A DNA stretch of 47,229 bases, the filler included, from Jimgerdemannia flammicorona (taxonomy: Eukaryota), in NCBI GenBank assembly GCA_003990765.1. It is 2 parts of 2 records of this genome, joined end to end, with 100 filler letters (N's around TTAATTAATTAA, not from the genome) between each part and the next. Parts side by side here need not be neighbours in the genome. Positions count along the whole stretch, not along the records: positions 1 to 23,570 come from RBNJ01001092.1; 1 more part is not named here. One strand, written 5' to 3'. The position numbers and the translations under genes were made by a program. The notes beneath the pieces are model-generated. The model was given only the letters and a program-made list of their open reading frames with translations. It was not told where the DNA came from and did not search any database. Shown in pieces: positions 1 to 13,089 of this stretch (positions within the stretch are counted from its first letter, which is position 1; each line of letters starts with the position of its first letter).

Positions 1-198
1 CCCCCCTCCCCCTACCCCTTCTCACCAAAAGACCGCTTTATCAAACACCATCTCCACCCACCCACCACTCTGTTCACAGATCCCTTCCACCAGATGGTGA
101 CATTGTCCACCTTGTGGTCCCCATCCAACCCATCACCCCATCAGTAGATCTGCCACCAACTCCTCCAATCTCAATAACTTCTCTTGTATCCCTATCTG

Positions 199-3100
199 CT
201 ACCCCTCCTCAAAAATAAAGAGCCAATGTCCAGCCAACCCCACCCACACTGCTACAACCCACCCTACAGTAAGCCACCTATTGCTGACACCTCCCACAAG
301 CCTAGATTCCAGATCTTCCCAGCGACCTTGCTCTCTATCTGGTCTCCTTTCAACCCCTAGCCAGTCCCCTACAGCTATCCAAAAGTCTCTCAGTACCTCA
401 CACTCCCCCAGCCAATGTTCTGGCATTTGTACAAATCTCCTAACTTGCCCAACATTATAACACTCCTCACAATCCAGCTGACCACCATCTACCAGATGCT
501 CAGCATGGAAGTTCAACATAACATTCCTCCACAACATTCACCACTACACTACCCAGAACTTGGGAGGAAGCTATGCCACACCTCTGTACTCCAAGACCAG
601 ATCCCTGCCCAGTCCCACTCCTCACCAATCCTCACTGCCTGTCAACTACTCAGCCAAAGATCCTGGCCAAATTACCACTGACACTCTATGTCATCTCTAA
701 TGTCAAACTTAGCAAGTGGAACTCCCCCTAAAAGCAGACAGTCCCATCTCCACATAACTGGACCCCATACCACCTCCCCCTCATTGCCATGCCAGTGCAA
801 GCCTATCCAGTGCACCCCATCGACCACTCTCCACCAGAAGCCCTTATACTGTAACTGTCGGCTTCCATTCAGACCCACCAAAGAGAGTAGATCCCCTGAG
901 GACCCCCGGGGGGAGACTCTCATCTCCCACACCTTCTTCATCAATGGTACCCAACCTCCACCCTGCAGATCAATAGCCCTTCTCAACCACCAAGATCACA
1001 GGCAGTGTAGGTGCTTAGGGAAATCCACAAGGCCCAGGCCTCCCCTAAGTACTGGCTTGACAAGGGTATCCCAACTGATCTGGGCCCTTCTACCTGTCCA
1101 AATCCAATCTCTAGCCAGTTTCATCAGCCTCTTCACCACCCAAGCAGGAAAGTCTAAGTGATATGCCATATACCACAGCTTGGGGAACCAGTATACATTC
1201 AGAATTGCCACCTGCCCCGCCAGGGAGATGTGACAACCCCCCCAACCCTTTAGAGCCTCCCCCCAAATGTCCACCCTCTTCTCCCACCATATCCATGGTA
1301 GGACAGATCCATATATAGAGAGAAAGATACCTAGATACCTCACCACCTCTCCTGTGGGGACAATTGTTCCAATGACATCCCCTCCCACTAGCCCATTCTC
1401 TAACACCATCATCTCACACTTATACAAGTTGAGCTTTGCTCCAGAGTGTATCTCATACTACTCCACTGTTTCCCAAAGGGCCTCTACATTCACTACTGAT
1501 CTAAGTCCAACTACCATATCATCTGCAAAGGCCTCCACCTTCTACTCCACATCATACACAGAGAGCCCAGTCACCCTCTTACAGATCCTGTCCATCAAAG
1601 ATTCTAAGGAGAGCATATAAAAGATAGGAGACAGCAGGTCCCCTTGAGGGACTCCTCTCCCCAAGGGGAATACCAAACCCCTGTGACCATTACACATCAG
1701 CACCGCTCTACTCCCTTCCAACAAACTCAACATAGAGGCCCAAAACTGTGGTGGAATGCCAATTCTGTCCAGTACCTTGTCCAGCCAAACCTGCTGAACA
1801 CAGTCATAGGCCTTCTCCTGGTCCAAAAGAACCAGTCTACCATCCAGTCCACAGGTCTGGGCTCCTTCAATGATGCCATGCACCCAGGCAGTTCCATCTC
1901 TGATAAGTCTACCTCCTACAAAGCCCCACTGCTCCTCCCCCAGTACCTGTTGAGCAACCTTCTGTAGCCTTGCAACAATCACCTTAGTCACCAACTTCCG
2001 ATCCATATCCAGAAGCATGATTGGCCTCCAGTTCTTCCAATCCTCATGCTGGCCCTTGTCTTTGTACAATAGGGCCACCAGCCCTAAGTCCTGCTCTCCA
2101 ACCCACATGCTATTAAGTAGGAAATAATCACAAAGGGCCACCATCTCTCCCAGCATCTCAGGGATTTTCACCATCTTCTTCCAGAAGTCCCATGGTAACC
2201 CATCCTCCCCTAGTGCTGTCCCAAGTTTAGTCGCTGCCAGGACTCCTTGGATCTCCTTCTCCTGGACTGGTAAGATCAAGTTACCCAGCCCCTCTACCTG
2301 CGGCAGCTCCCACTCCTCCAGTGTGTCACCAATCACCTCTACATCAGCTCTCCCTTCTTTCTCACTCCACAGACCCCACCAATTCTCCTTCAATACTCCC
2401 AGGATCTGCTGTAACTCTCCCTCAGCATCCAAGATCCCATCCCACCTATATCTCACCTGCCTGGCTTTGAGGAGTCTAGACAAGTACCTAGTAGGCTGCT
2501 CCCCCTCCTCAAGCCCCTGCCATCTTAGCCTGGCTGCCATTCCTCACATATGAATCTCCTCCTCCTCTCTCAACATCTGTTGCAGTTCTACAACTTCTAA
2601 TTTCGCCCTCTCTAACCTCCAATCCTCTATCTCATTAGACGTAAGCAAATCAGCCCACTCCAACTACAATCTCCTCAGCCTATTTGAAGCACACTGTATT
2701 CGCCTCCTCCTCCATCTCCCTGCCTCTCTACCAGCTCTACTCTAATAAACCCTCACAGCCTTCTTCAATCTCATCCAATGGACACCCATAGACAAACCCT
2801 CCTACCTCCAAAGTGGAATCTTTGCCTGGACATCCTCCACCTCTTCCAGACATCAGTACCCCAACATTCAGCTATCAGAATCCAGTAAATCCTTGTCCCT
2901 AAGCCATTCACCCAGTATGTGTAGATCCTGGAGTCACCCTACCATGTTTGGCCCATATCTCCTAAGGAGCTATGGTTTTCCACCTCCTCCCATGCATCTA
3001 GACTACCACTCCTCCCAACTGCATTCCTCTCTCCATCAGTCCTATCTAGCTGCAAATCTCGAACCATGTTAAAATCACCACCAAGAACATTGACCCCTTC

Positions 3101-3487
3101 CTCCAAGAGAATGCCCTCCTCCAGTAGCTCCTTAGTCTACACAATCCTCTCTCCCCTAGCTGCTGGGCAGTAACAAGAGCCCACCCTCACTGATTCCCAC
3201 CCAGGCTGGTACCAATTACCCCAGACCAAGTGATTTCCCCAGCTCTTGATTCCCTCCAAATCTCCTCTACCTTTCTTTACCAGAATTGCCACCTTTCCAA
3301 ACTAAGTGGTAGCCCCACCCCATTCTCTAGTCCATTCTACCCGATCATCCTCATTCTCATACCATATATCCTGCAGTAAAAAGAGATCAGCCTCCAATCC
3401 CTTTAGCCATATAAAAATGTTCTTACACTGCCCAGATCCTCGAAGGCCATTCACATTGAGAGAGAAAATGTTAGTTGTACTGTTCAT
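199..3487 (-). pseudogene. LINE ORF2 (APE endonuclease + reverse transcriptase), interrupted by stops
   Basis: ORF fragments 3302-3487 (endonuclease start), 1542-2540 (RT), 996-1427, 672-986 and 199-537. Confidence 0.9.
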
Positions 3488-3498
3488 GAGGAATATTG

Positions 3499-5518
3499 TT
3501 AAAGATTAAATCTCTCCTCTACAAATCCGCACTCAAGTCCTCTTGTGCCAAATCCAAGGTATGTTCCACAGCCAGTTCCTTCTTCTCAGCTCCTTGTGCC
3601 TCCAACCTCTCCATAAGTTCAACCATTGTCCCATTCTCTTTCTCCTCAAAGTCCTCTCAGTACTCCCCACAGACCTCCTGCCAGAATTGCAAACCATGGC
3701 GTTCCACCCAACAGTAGGCAGCCCAATCATCAGCAACAACCACCAGCTCTGCCTTTCTCACCTCATCCACCTCATAACTCTCATCTTCCAGTAATATTGT
3801 AAGAATCTCCATCTTCAGCGCCCCCAACACTCCATCACCTCACAGAATCTGTGCCCAGTGCTCCTCTGGCATGACCCTCAGATCCACTTCCCCCAATACC
3901 TCAGCCACAAGGTTATCCATCACCTTGCTCATCTACAGCAGATTCCCAATCTCCTTCCCTCCAGGGGTCCCTGGCTGCCCTGCATCCAGCATCATAGTAT
4001 CCGCACCTATACTGGCATCCTTATTCCACTCCTCCTCTGGGACATCCACCAGCTCGTCCTCACCAACTGCCACCACCTGGCCCCCTTTCGCCACATCTGG
4101 GACCCCAAAGGTAACTCACTGGGCCCCCTGCATCAGTACATCTTCTGCTGCCCCTCTTCACCCCACCAGGCCCCTCCTGACAAGCAGGGGGGGGGGGGGG
4201 TGCTATCCGACTCCTCCTCCCAGACCTCGAAAGTACTGTTGGCATAGAGATCCTTGCCCAGCACCTTCACAGCCCATTCCTCCATCACCACTGCCTCCTT
4301 TCTGCCTTCTCTAGTCCATACACTGGCTTTGATGCCTCCAGACCCCTCAGCCCTATCCACCTTCCTCTTCTCCCCTTCTGTCATACTTGCCAAAAGCTCC
4401 CTCTGCCTCAAGCGCCCCTGGGCCCACTCTCACTGCCTCTTGTCAGTGTGGATATACTTCTCCTCTACAATCTCTAGGTGCTTCGACTCCTTATAGAGCT
4501 TCCAAGCCTTCACCCGCTATTCCACCATATCACTCATCTCCTCCAATACTTCCAACAAATCCTCCTCCTCCTCCTCCTCACTCTCCTTCACCCTCAAGAC
4601 CTTACAAATAAAAGCCCCCCACATCAACACCGAGGGCCAGTTACCTGCCTTCTCTGTAGCCTCCCTCTCTGCCAGCCAAATCCTGACATCAACATCGCCT
4701 ATCCTAATCATCATCCCCTCCCACACCTGGAAGCCAATATCCACCACATTCCCATACTCCACCATCACCTCCTCTACCCTCCTCCTTATCTCCTCCTTCA
4801 TCATGGTGGGCACCCCCTTCACTAGCAGCTGCACCACTCTGGGGTCCCACCTCTAACAGTACACCATAGGGACCACTACCTTCCCAACTGCTACTCCAGC
4901 CCTCAGCATCTCTTTTAGTGGTCCTGCCTCCTCAAAGCCCACCTCAACCCCCTCCAGACCCTTCAGGAATTTCACCGAAGCTGCCCCAGCTACCTGCTTC
5001 AAGATAAGCCCCAAGACCATTCTTGCTGTCATCTCTAAGCCTCGGAAGCACAGTATCATCACAAACTCTGAGATCGATTTCTTGAGTAATGGCACCACTA
5101 CCAGCCCTGTTACACCATCAGCCAGGTCCCCCTTCTACATCAGGAATCCCTGCCCCACTCTACCATCAGCTGTCACATCTCTTTTTTTTTCCTGATCCCC
5201 CATCACACTCCTATCAACAGTCACACCCCCAGCCACAGTACTACCAGCCCCTATACTCACCACTCCCCCCTGAGGGCCACTCCCCCTCCTGACACTAGTC
5301 TTGCCCTTCCCCTCAGCAGTACCAGCCCTTGTCTCAGTAGGCCATCCACCTGCCTTCACCTTGTCAGCAAAGCTGGAGGGACCAGACCTTCCTCCAGATC
5401 CACCAGATACTGGTCCACCTCCAGAGCCTTCTCCCACTGTCGACCCTCCAAAAGCCCCCATCCCCAGTCTATAACCTCTCCCCACCTTCTGCCAGCCGAA
5501 AGCCCCAGGTCCACACAA
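3499..5518 (-). pseudogene. LINE ORF1 (gag-like / RNA-binding), degenerate
   Basis: Fragments 5135-5518 (SFADKVK), 4853-5098 and 4517-4837 (LLVKGVP..EYGNVVDI, RRM-like). Ends 12 bp before the ORF2 ATG. Confidence 0.7.
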
Positions 5519-5779
5519 CTCAACATGCCCATCAGAACTCTTGCTCGATGATATTCTTATAATACCTTTTCTCTAAGTTGTGTTGAAAACTATTGCTTGA
5601 AGTTTTGTGTAATGTGAATTATACAGGAGAAAGGTGTCAGGTCCATCGGATTTTAAACACTATTATCAATTCTCAATCTCCAGCCTCTTTGCCCTCTAGC
5701 CAAGAATCCTAGAGCTAATATCTATCATCCATACATCCTACAAGAAGGGCCCTCTCAGTAAGAAGATATTCAGATGTTA

Positions 5780-8095
5780 ATGTCTATGCCCTTTGACTAA
5801 ACTAATACTCCTACAATCTTTCAGATACTGATAAATACTATCCTATACCCATATCTAGATAAATTCACTATTGTCTTTATTGATAATATCCTGGTCTTCA
5901 GCAAAACTCTGAAGAAACATCTTGAATATCTTGAACTAGTACTACTAAAACTCTAAGAAAACTGACTCTTTATAAAACTCAGCAAATGTAAATTCCTTCT
6001 GAAGGATATTTAATTCCTTAGATCCATTGTTACTTCTAATAGAATCAAAGTAGACCCTAGTAAAATCTTCACAATTAAGAAATAGTCCAGACTCAAAAGG
6101 CTAGTCATTTCTAGGATTAGGAAACTATTACAGATGATTTATTTTAAACTTTGCCAAGATAGCTACTGCTATTACTCAACTGACTAAGTATGATAAAAAA
6201 GAAGATCAACTCTAGACTACAAAGTAAGGAAAAGACTTTAACAACTTTGTTTAATAGAGATCTAAATAAGATATAGTCTTCTGAGTCTTGAAAGATATCC
6301 TGATAATCACTCTAGTACTGTAAGTCACAAATTCTGCCCTACTATATGAAGTTACTACTGATGCCTCTGACCTAGCTCTTGGAGTAGTATTCATAAGAAG
6401 GACATCTTGTGGCTTTTTATTCTCACAAGTTCAACAATATCAAAATTAACCATACTACCTATAAAAAAGAAATGCTAGCTATATATTATAGACATTCTGA
6501 TCAAATAGTATTCATATCTTAAAGAAGTATACTTTACTATATTGATAGACTACAAGTTATTAATTAATATTAGAACTCAGGCTATTCTTTTTCAAAAGTA
6601 AGCCTGATGAATGAAAGTTCTCACCAATTTTAACTATAAAATCCAATACTATCCTGGTAACAAAAATATTATCACTTATGTAATCTCTAGACCACCAATC
6701 AAAAAAGTTATACAAATCCTCACCTTGGTCACCAATTCCATCATAAAACAAATTATTTCAGTATATGCTAATAATAAGGAAACTCAAGTACTTCAAGAAA
6801 TTCTGAGTAGTAATAATATCAAAAAGTACCCTCAGTATTATCAATACCAATTGAAAGACAATACTATCTGTTATAAGAATAGATTGTGTATTTCTAACAA
6901 TTGAGACCTCTAAAGAACTATTCTGTTTGAATATCATGATACTCCTACAGCCAGATATTTAAAATTTAATAAGTAATATGAAGTTATTTTCTAAAACTTC
7001 TATTGGCTCCATAAGGCAGACCAGTTAAAGACCTATATCACTTCTTGAGATATCTGCCAATGCAACAATTCTTTAACTTTAGCAAAATCTGAACTACTTC
7101 ACCCTATCTCAGTATCATCTGCTAATTGAAACTAAATCTCTTTGAACTTCATTATATAACTACTCTGAACTAAGAACAGAAAGGATACAATTATTGTCTT
7201 TATAGATTATCTTAGCAAATAAGCCCACTTCATACCTATTACTAGTATAACTATAACAGTATCTGAAATTGTTATACTATTGTTTGATAATATCTTTTGC
7301 TATTATAGTCTTTATAAGATCATTATTAGTAACTGAGATTCAAAATTCATTAATTATTTTTGAAAAGCTCTCTATGTATACCTTGGAACAAAACTAATAC
7401 TATCCACAGTCATTTATCTTGAAACAGATAACCAAACTAAATAGATAAACTAAACTCTAGAGCAAATACTAAGGAACTATGTTTTCTTAAATAAGATGAT
7501 TAGTATAAATACCTCACTACAGTCAAGTTAGCCTATAACAATAGCAAATAAGCTTCTCTTAAAATGACTCTATTTTTACTAATATAGAACAAAATCCAAA
7601 AACCCCTCTGATCCTTATTAGAACTATAGATAAACTCTCCACTATTGAAACCATTGAAGAATTCCTACTCTAAATATATAACTTGACCCAAATTCCAATT
7701 GAGAACTTATTCTGAGCACAAAATCAACAATCTCAATTATCAATTAACACTACTAAGAAGAAGCTTTTGATATCAGTGAAAAGGTTATAATAGATATTTG
7801 AGAATACCAAGTTAATAACCTCTAGTATAGACCCTCTATAAAGCTGAACAGTAAGTTCATTAAACTATTTGAAGTTAATATATAGATTTCTCTAATATTC
7901 TATAAACTAGTCCTACTAGATATGTACAATCAAAATTCATCCAGTCTTCAATATTCAACATCTTAAGTAATATAATGAAAATGATGATAAACTATTTTCA
8001 AATCAAACTACAAAATCACCAGTACTTATTATTATTAATAACAAAACGAAATATAAAGTTAAACAAATTCTCAATAAATATGGCTATAAGAATAA
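5780..8095 (+). mobile_element. Ty3/gypsy (chromovirus, family B-related) pol remnant: RT, RNase H, integrase and start of chromodomain; heavily mutated
   Basis: Eroded MPFGLTNAP (~5786), VFIDDILVFS (~5873), TDASD (~6357), integrase HDTPTAG (~6933) and EYKVKQILNK (~8048). 7829-8090 is collinear with 42686-42945. Confidence 0.88.
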
Positions 8096-10026
8096 TGATC
8101 TTTCTGGATCAGAAAAAGGTCTATGATCAAGTATAGCAAGTCTGAATAGAGAATATATTGAAGAGGATTGATATTCCTCACCAGTTTTAGTTATTAATAA
8201 TCAGTTTTTTTTTTTTTGGAGAGGAGCCAGACTATAATTTTGTATAATGAATATTATAATATCTTATTCTCATTGGGGAAGAGAGTCTCTCAGAGGGACC
8301 TGCTGTCTCTATTCTATATATTCTATCATTAGAACCTTTGATAGATAGAATTTACTATAAGATATTAGGGCTTTCTATCTTAGAGGTAGTCTGAAAGATT
8401 GGGGCCTTTATAAATAATATAGTAGTGGAACTTAACTCTGTTGATGATATTGATGAACTAAGGATGCTCTTGACTAATATAAGGAGTGTTCTGGGGCTAA
8501 GCTTAGCTAGCATAAGTGTGAGATAATAGTTCTGAAGAATGATTTAGTGAGTAGAAATATTGTGGGTACTATTATCTCTACTAGAGAGGTGGTTTGGTAT
8601 CTGGGCAGTATATAGATCAATCTTGCTAGAGTTTGATAGGAAAGAAAGATGATAGAATAGAGAGAGGTCTTTTGGAATTAAGAGGGGCACTATATTTCTC
8701 TTACTGAGCAGATATCAATTCTGAATATCTACTGACTACTAAAGTTATAGTATTTGATATATATATTACTTGAATATTCCAGCATAGATAGTGAAGAGGT
8801 TAAAAAGAGCTAAGGACTGAATTGGAGCTGAGAGATAGTACCAAATTGGTTGAGAGATCTTGGCAGCCTTGGAAGATAGAAGAGGTTTGAGTCTGGTGAA
8901 CTTTCTGAAGTGGTTGAATTATCTTAAAGTTTGATAGATAAAAAGAGCTATCAAATTATAGAGTAGAGAATAGTGCCATTGATGCAGAAGGTCTGAGAGA
9001 CAAGGTTCTTACCTAGAGAATCTTCTGGTAATTTATTGTCAATAGTTAGACTGAGCAGTAGTTAGTATCTACAATATAGAGAATTTAGATAAGAGGTGGT
9101 GGAGGGAGCTCACTGAATTGGTTTTTGTTGATAAGATAATAAGGGAGAGGTATAATAGGGACCTGCAATATAGAGGTAAGATAGACTTCTTTTGAGTAAT
9201 TCACTAGTAATAAACTTTGATATTAGTTCTGTTATTAAGTATCAATAGGGGGTGAGATAGGATTTGTAACCAGTGGGCTGATAGTTGGCAGATATTGATA
9301 AGATATAGAACTGGGCTGGAGTTAGTCTTAGTATAGTAGTGGCTTCCTCTAAGATTCTGAGTGGTATGGTAGCATACCTTGAGGAGAGATATCATAATAA
9401 ACTTTAGATTGAGATACTTGGTTGAAAGAGGGGTTTTTAAATATAAGGAGTATTATAATGTCAGAGATTGTACAGATGTCAGAATATTGGTTGAGCAAGT
9501 ATAAGATTCTTGGTAACTTCTGTATAATGGTTGGAGATTACTCAGGAGTAAGATGGTAAAATAGTAGAAAGGAGAGGAGATGGAATAACTTGAGGGAGTA
9601 ATTATTTGATTGTATTGATAATGAATAGCTCATAGTTAGATGAGTGTTGGTAATATGAGTGAGATTAGCTAGATACTAGCAGTATGTATTTAAGAATAAA
9701 AGATGGATGATTTTGGAAGAAAGAGTAGTAAGGTTAAAAGAGTTGATAGTAAATATTCTGTCAGGCTGATAGAGGTGGTGGGGCCCTCAAGAAAGTTATT
9801 GTAGATATCTAGTAGAAGAGATATTCAAGAGAAGTAGTGAGCAGATTGAAGTAATTAATAATCTGATAGTTTTTAAAAGAGAGAGAGTGGGGGAGAGAAA
9901 GAGTATTGAGATAGTATAGAGTAGGGTTGAGTTGGGGCTACTGATATAGCATGAGAACTATATATTTATTATAGATTGATTAATAAAGAGGCCTAGTGCT
10001 AAGGGAAAAAAGAAAAAAAAAAAAAA
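8096..10026 (+). mobile_element. 5'-truncated LINE copy (same family as 1-5520) with poly(A) tail
   Basis: Collinear with the reverse complement of ~1-1830 (FLDQKKVYD, SQRDLLS.., WYLG). A-rich tail at ~10006-10026. Confidence 0.85.
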
Positions 10027-10466
10027 CTATTTTCTGAAATAGAAGAAAAATCTCTATAATAGAGTAACCTAGATATAGAAAGAGTAATGAAACAGATATA
10101 GATACTGAGAATACTTATGGATATTAGAATGATGACTAAAGAACAGTCTGAGGATAGATTATTCATTAGTGAGAGCTGATGTGATGAGCAAACATTATAG
10201 TATATATAACCAGATAATGTATAAATTATCAGTATAGTTACTCTATATAGTTATCTCTATACTACTTATATAAATAACTGATATACCAAATTAGAATAAA
10301 ATCTGTATACATTCATATATATATATATTATTAGCATATGTACATATATATTATTAGCATACAAGTATGTTGTTAATATATATGTTCCCACTTGCATATA
10401 TATTTCTAAATTAGCCTTACTGTATACTTTATAATAGCCATATAGTAACTAGATAGTAATCACAAT

Positions 10467-10660
10467 TGTATAAAATACTCCAGTAACAAGAGTGAATAAA
10501 CCTCAGTCTGAAAATCTGAAGCCAAAATCAAAAGACAAGTCTGCGTACTACACTTTGATGGGTATGCCTGCCAAAAGCCACTTGATCCAAAAAGAATTGC
10601 AACACTTAGGAGAAACACCTGCTCAAAAGCCACTTTTAGGAGATTGTGAGCTTTTCCAAA
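10467..10660 (+). repeat. LTR-like relic related to the 36528-37003 LTR
   Basis: TGTATAAAATACTCCAGTA..GAGTGAATAAACCTCAG matches TGTATAAATAACCCAGTA..GAGTGAATAAACCTCAG at ~36785-36825. Boundaries uncertain. Confidence 0.5.
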
Positions 10661-11180
10661 TTTGAACTCTGGTCCACTTTCCAATACAAAGAAGAGAAGA
10701 TCTGATTTGGTACACTTGCCGGACTAAGCCAGTAGAACTTGAGAACTCTGCCATTTTGAACTTGAAGTCCGCTGCCATCCCTTGCCTAAAGCCTGTCAAC
10801 CAGACGCACCTTTGCAGTGAACTCATTGGCGCAAATGAAGCAGTCAATTGACATAACTTGCCACCAAGAGAAGTCTGCAATACTCAAGAGAAGTCGCCAA
10901 TATTTGAGAAGTCCGCCACCATCCGCCATTCAAGAAGACCGCCATTTTTGGAAGAACGTGAGAATTCTGCTGAATCCGCCATGTTATACCGATTCCGCCT
11001 AATTAGGAAATACCGCCGCCGAAATCGTCCGCCGAAATCGTCCATGTTACGCGAACAGAACTTGCACCTATTTTTGACTGAACATTTTGTTACTTTTTGA
11101 CAAACTAACTGGGGGCTCAAGCCAATCTACATAGCAGCCCCAACCTTGTAATTTGCCTTCATTGAGCCAGCAAGTTACAT

Positions 11181-11189
11181 TATATAAAG
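11181..11189 (+). promoter_or_regulatory. Candidate TATA box for the CHAT-like gene
   Basis: TATATAAAG 56 bp upstream of ATG 11237. Confidence 0.4.
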
Positions 11190-11236
11190 AGTTTCATTGT
11201 AGAAGTCGCACCGCGAACCTACACGCATCTGCCCTA

Positions 11237-11997
11237 ATGGACATTCAATTTATCGATGATGCACCAAAAGATAACGAAGTCCACCTATCGAAAAAAATGG
11301 AAACCAACAAACGGCGCTGCAACAACTGAGAAAAGAGCAGACAAAAATGATCACTGGATTAGGTTCTTGGAAACAAGCCACCGATTGCGTGTCTGATCGG
11401 GGTAAGGACGGAGCGAGCAGGTTTGTCAAACTGGAGAAAGCACCTACACCCACACCCGCACCTACACCCACACCCGCACCTACACCCACACCCGCACCTA
11501 CACTCACACCCGCACCTACGCACTCACAAACATGCTAATATCCTTGTCAAAGGATACCAACAGTGACAACCTTAAAGAAACTAGAGCCCGTGTCAAGGTT
11601 TCCGTCGCCAATGATCACCTGGCTAAGCTCGTTGAAAACCATTTCTTCGACCTTCAAGAAATCCAAGAAGGTCGATCTATCGCCGTCGATGTCTTCAACT
11701 TGGAACCAAACTCTACGAAGCTCAGAAAATATGGCAAAAATTTATTCTGGGCCCTCTTTTCGAAAAACGAGTCTAGCCCCGCCTTGCGTCTGCTGCAGGT
11801 TATATTATCACTTCAATCAAAGGGTCGGATCCTACTTGACCTCAACGGCGACGACGACCTTGACGTCATCCCCTGGGAGTACGCGTGGGGCAAAAATGCA
11901 TATCTGACTACACAATGCATATTTGCACGCCTGCAAAAACCGAGAGAGCCTGAGCCATCAAATTTTTCGCCACTTTCGCTATTTTCGCTGGAGGATA
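11237..11997 (+). pseudogene. CHAT-domain-like (caspase/HetF clan) gene, N-terminal part only, truncated by an LTR
   Basis: Predicted exons 11237-11278, 11363-11401 and 11553-~11997 with phase-0 GT..AG introns. Motifs LRKYGKNLFWALF and RILLDLNGDDDLDVIPWEYAW..IFARL resemble the region preceding the CHAT catalytic core. From ~11998 the sequence is LTR. Confidence 0.6.
11440..11525 (+). repeat. 18-bp minisatellite (GCACCTACACCCACACCC), ~4.5 units, inside a predicted intron
   Basis: Direct tandem repeat between the GTAAGG donor (11402) and the GCTAAT branch / AG acceptor (11552). Confidence 0.85.
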
Positions 11998-12743
11998 AGA
12001 TACCAGAAGTCTTCTACTTCATCACTATTGAGGGTGATAGTGGACTAGACTTCTGTAGCCACTCTGGTTTCTAGTATATTGATATGGCAGGCTAATAGGT
12101 CTCTGAAATCTAAGACTCTAACATACTCCAAGTTGGGGATCAACCATGGTACATACCTGAAGATCTGATGGATCTTCTTAGCTATCCTTGCTTCAAGTAT
12201 ATCTATAGAAGTGGCATCTTGTAACTCTTGGGGGCTGGCCTGTGGGAACTCCCAGCAGAGGAGGTTTCCTATTTTGTACTCCTGCCACATTTGGAGGTAT
12301 TTGGTAGAAATGGTGATCCTTGTTTCCATTTTACAGCAGTAGAGAATACATATAATAATAAAGGTCACTAGTACTCAGATTGATACTAGGAGTCCTTCTT
12401 GAGTGGGTCCTCATGGCTCTTCTGATATCTTGGAACTTTCTTTCTTTGACTAAGGTATCTTGGTAGTTTCTTAATCTTGAGGTTTAGTGAGCAGCAGACA
12501 TTTTATTTGTAGTAAGTCTTTGAGCTATTTTGGAATTGGTGGGTTTTGTTGGTTGCTGCTATTGCAGTTCCTTGATCCTTCTTTTATATTCCTCAAGATA
12601 CTCATACTGTGGTCACAATAACTCACAATTGGTCATTATTACTCATCTTGTATACCATATGATCTTTTTGTACTCTGATCTGATGACTTGTAAGGAAAGG
12701 TTATCTCTTGTACTGATGTCATCATTCTGGGATCACCATTATA
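11998..12743 (-). repeat. Family A 3' LTR (truncated), containing the N-terminal part of the U3 ORF
   Basis: Collinear with 19268-19920 and 26694-27434. Begins right after the PPT. Confidence 0.88.
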
Positions 12744-12753
12744 TCTTCCTCCT
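12744..12753 (-). other. Polypurine tract of family A
   Basis: AGGAGGAAGA on the minus strand, abutting the LTR start. Confidence 0.75.
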
Positions 12754-13089
12754 GAATAAGAATCTTCTTGAGCATCCTTATTCATTGGTCTAGTCCTGAA
12801 AAATTTACTGATCCCATAACCTCTGGCAAGGGATTGAAAAGTGGTATTTATAGGCTGGTATCTTCCTTATGTATTTTGGTGTAATGGTGAAGAGTCACTT
12901 CCTTCATATAGAGCAAGGGCCTGATTCTGATCTTGACCAATTAGTTAATAGTTCAAACTCTTCTAGCTTTGAAAGTCTTATGGATGAGTAGTTGCTAGTA
13001 CTGTATCTCTTAGAGAATAGTTCAGATAGATAGTCTGCTAGTTATGGAATATGCTGTTATGATTTATAGACTAGAACCTTATAGGTGGT

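Larger units (their letters stand above)
1..5520 (-). mobile_element. L1/Tx1-like non-LTR retrotransposon (LINE), degenerate, two ORFs; 3' end runs off the left edge
   Basis: Minus-strand order: ORF1, APE endonuclease (NIFSLNVNGLR..DLFLLQD), RT (WRPIMLLDMDRK, LLDQEKAYD, GVPQGDLLSP), thumb (RYLGI) and C-terminal Cys/His region. Many in-frame stops. Confidence 0.92.

Noticed and set aside
415..5292. Numerous Pro/Ser/His-rich plus-strand ORFs
   Set aside because: Antisense shadows of the G-rich LINE coding strand.
11250..11538. ORFs with (GVGA)n / (PTPA)n repeats
   Set aside because: Translations of an intronic minisatellite.
11998..12074. C-terminus of the 180-aa ORF (IPEVFYFITIEGDSGLDF..)
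   Set aside because: Read-through into antisense LTR sequence also present at 19268 and 26694.
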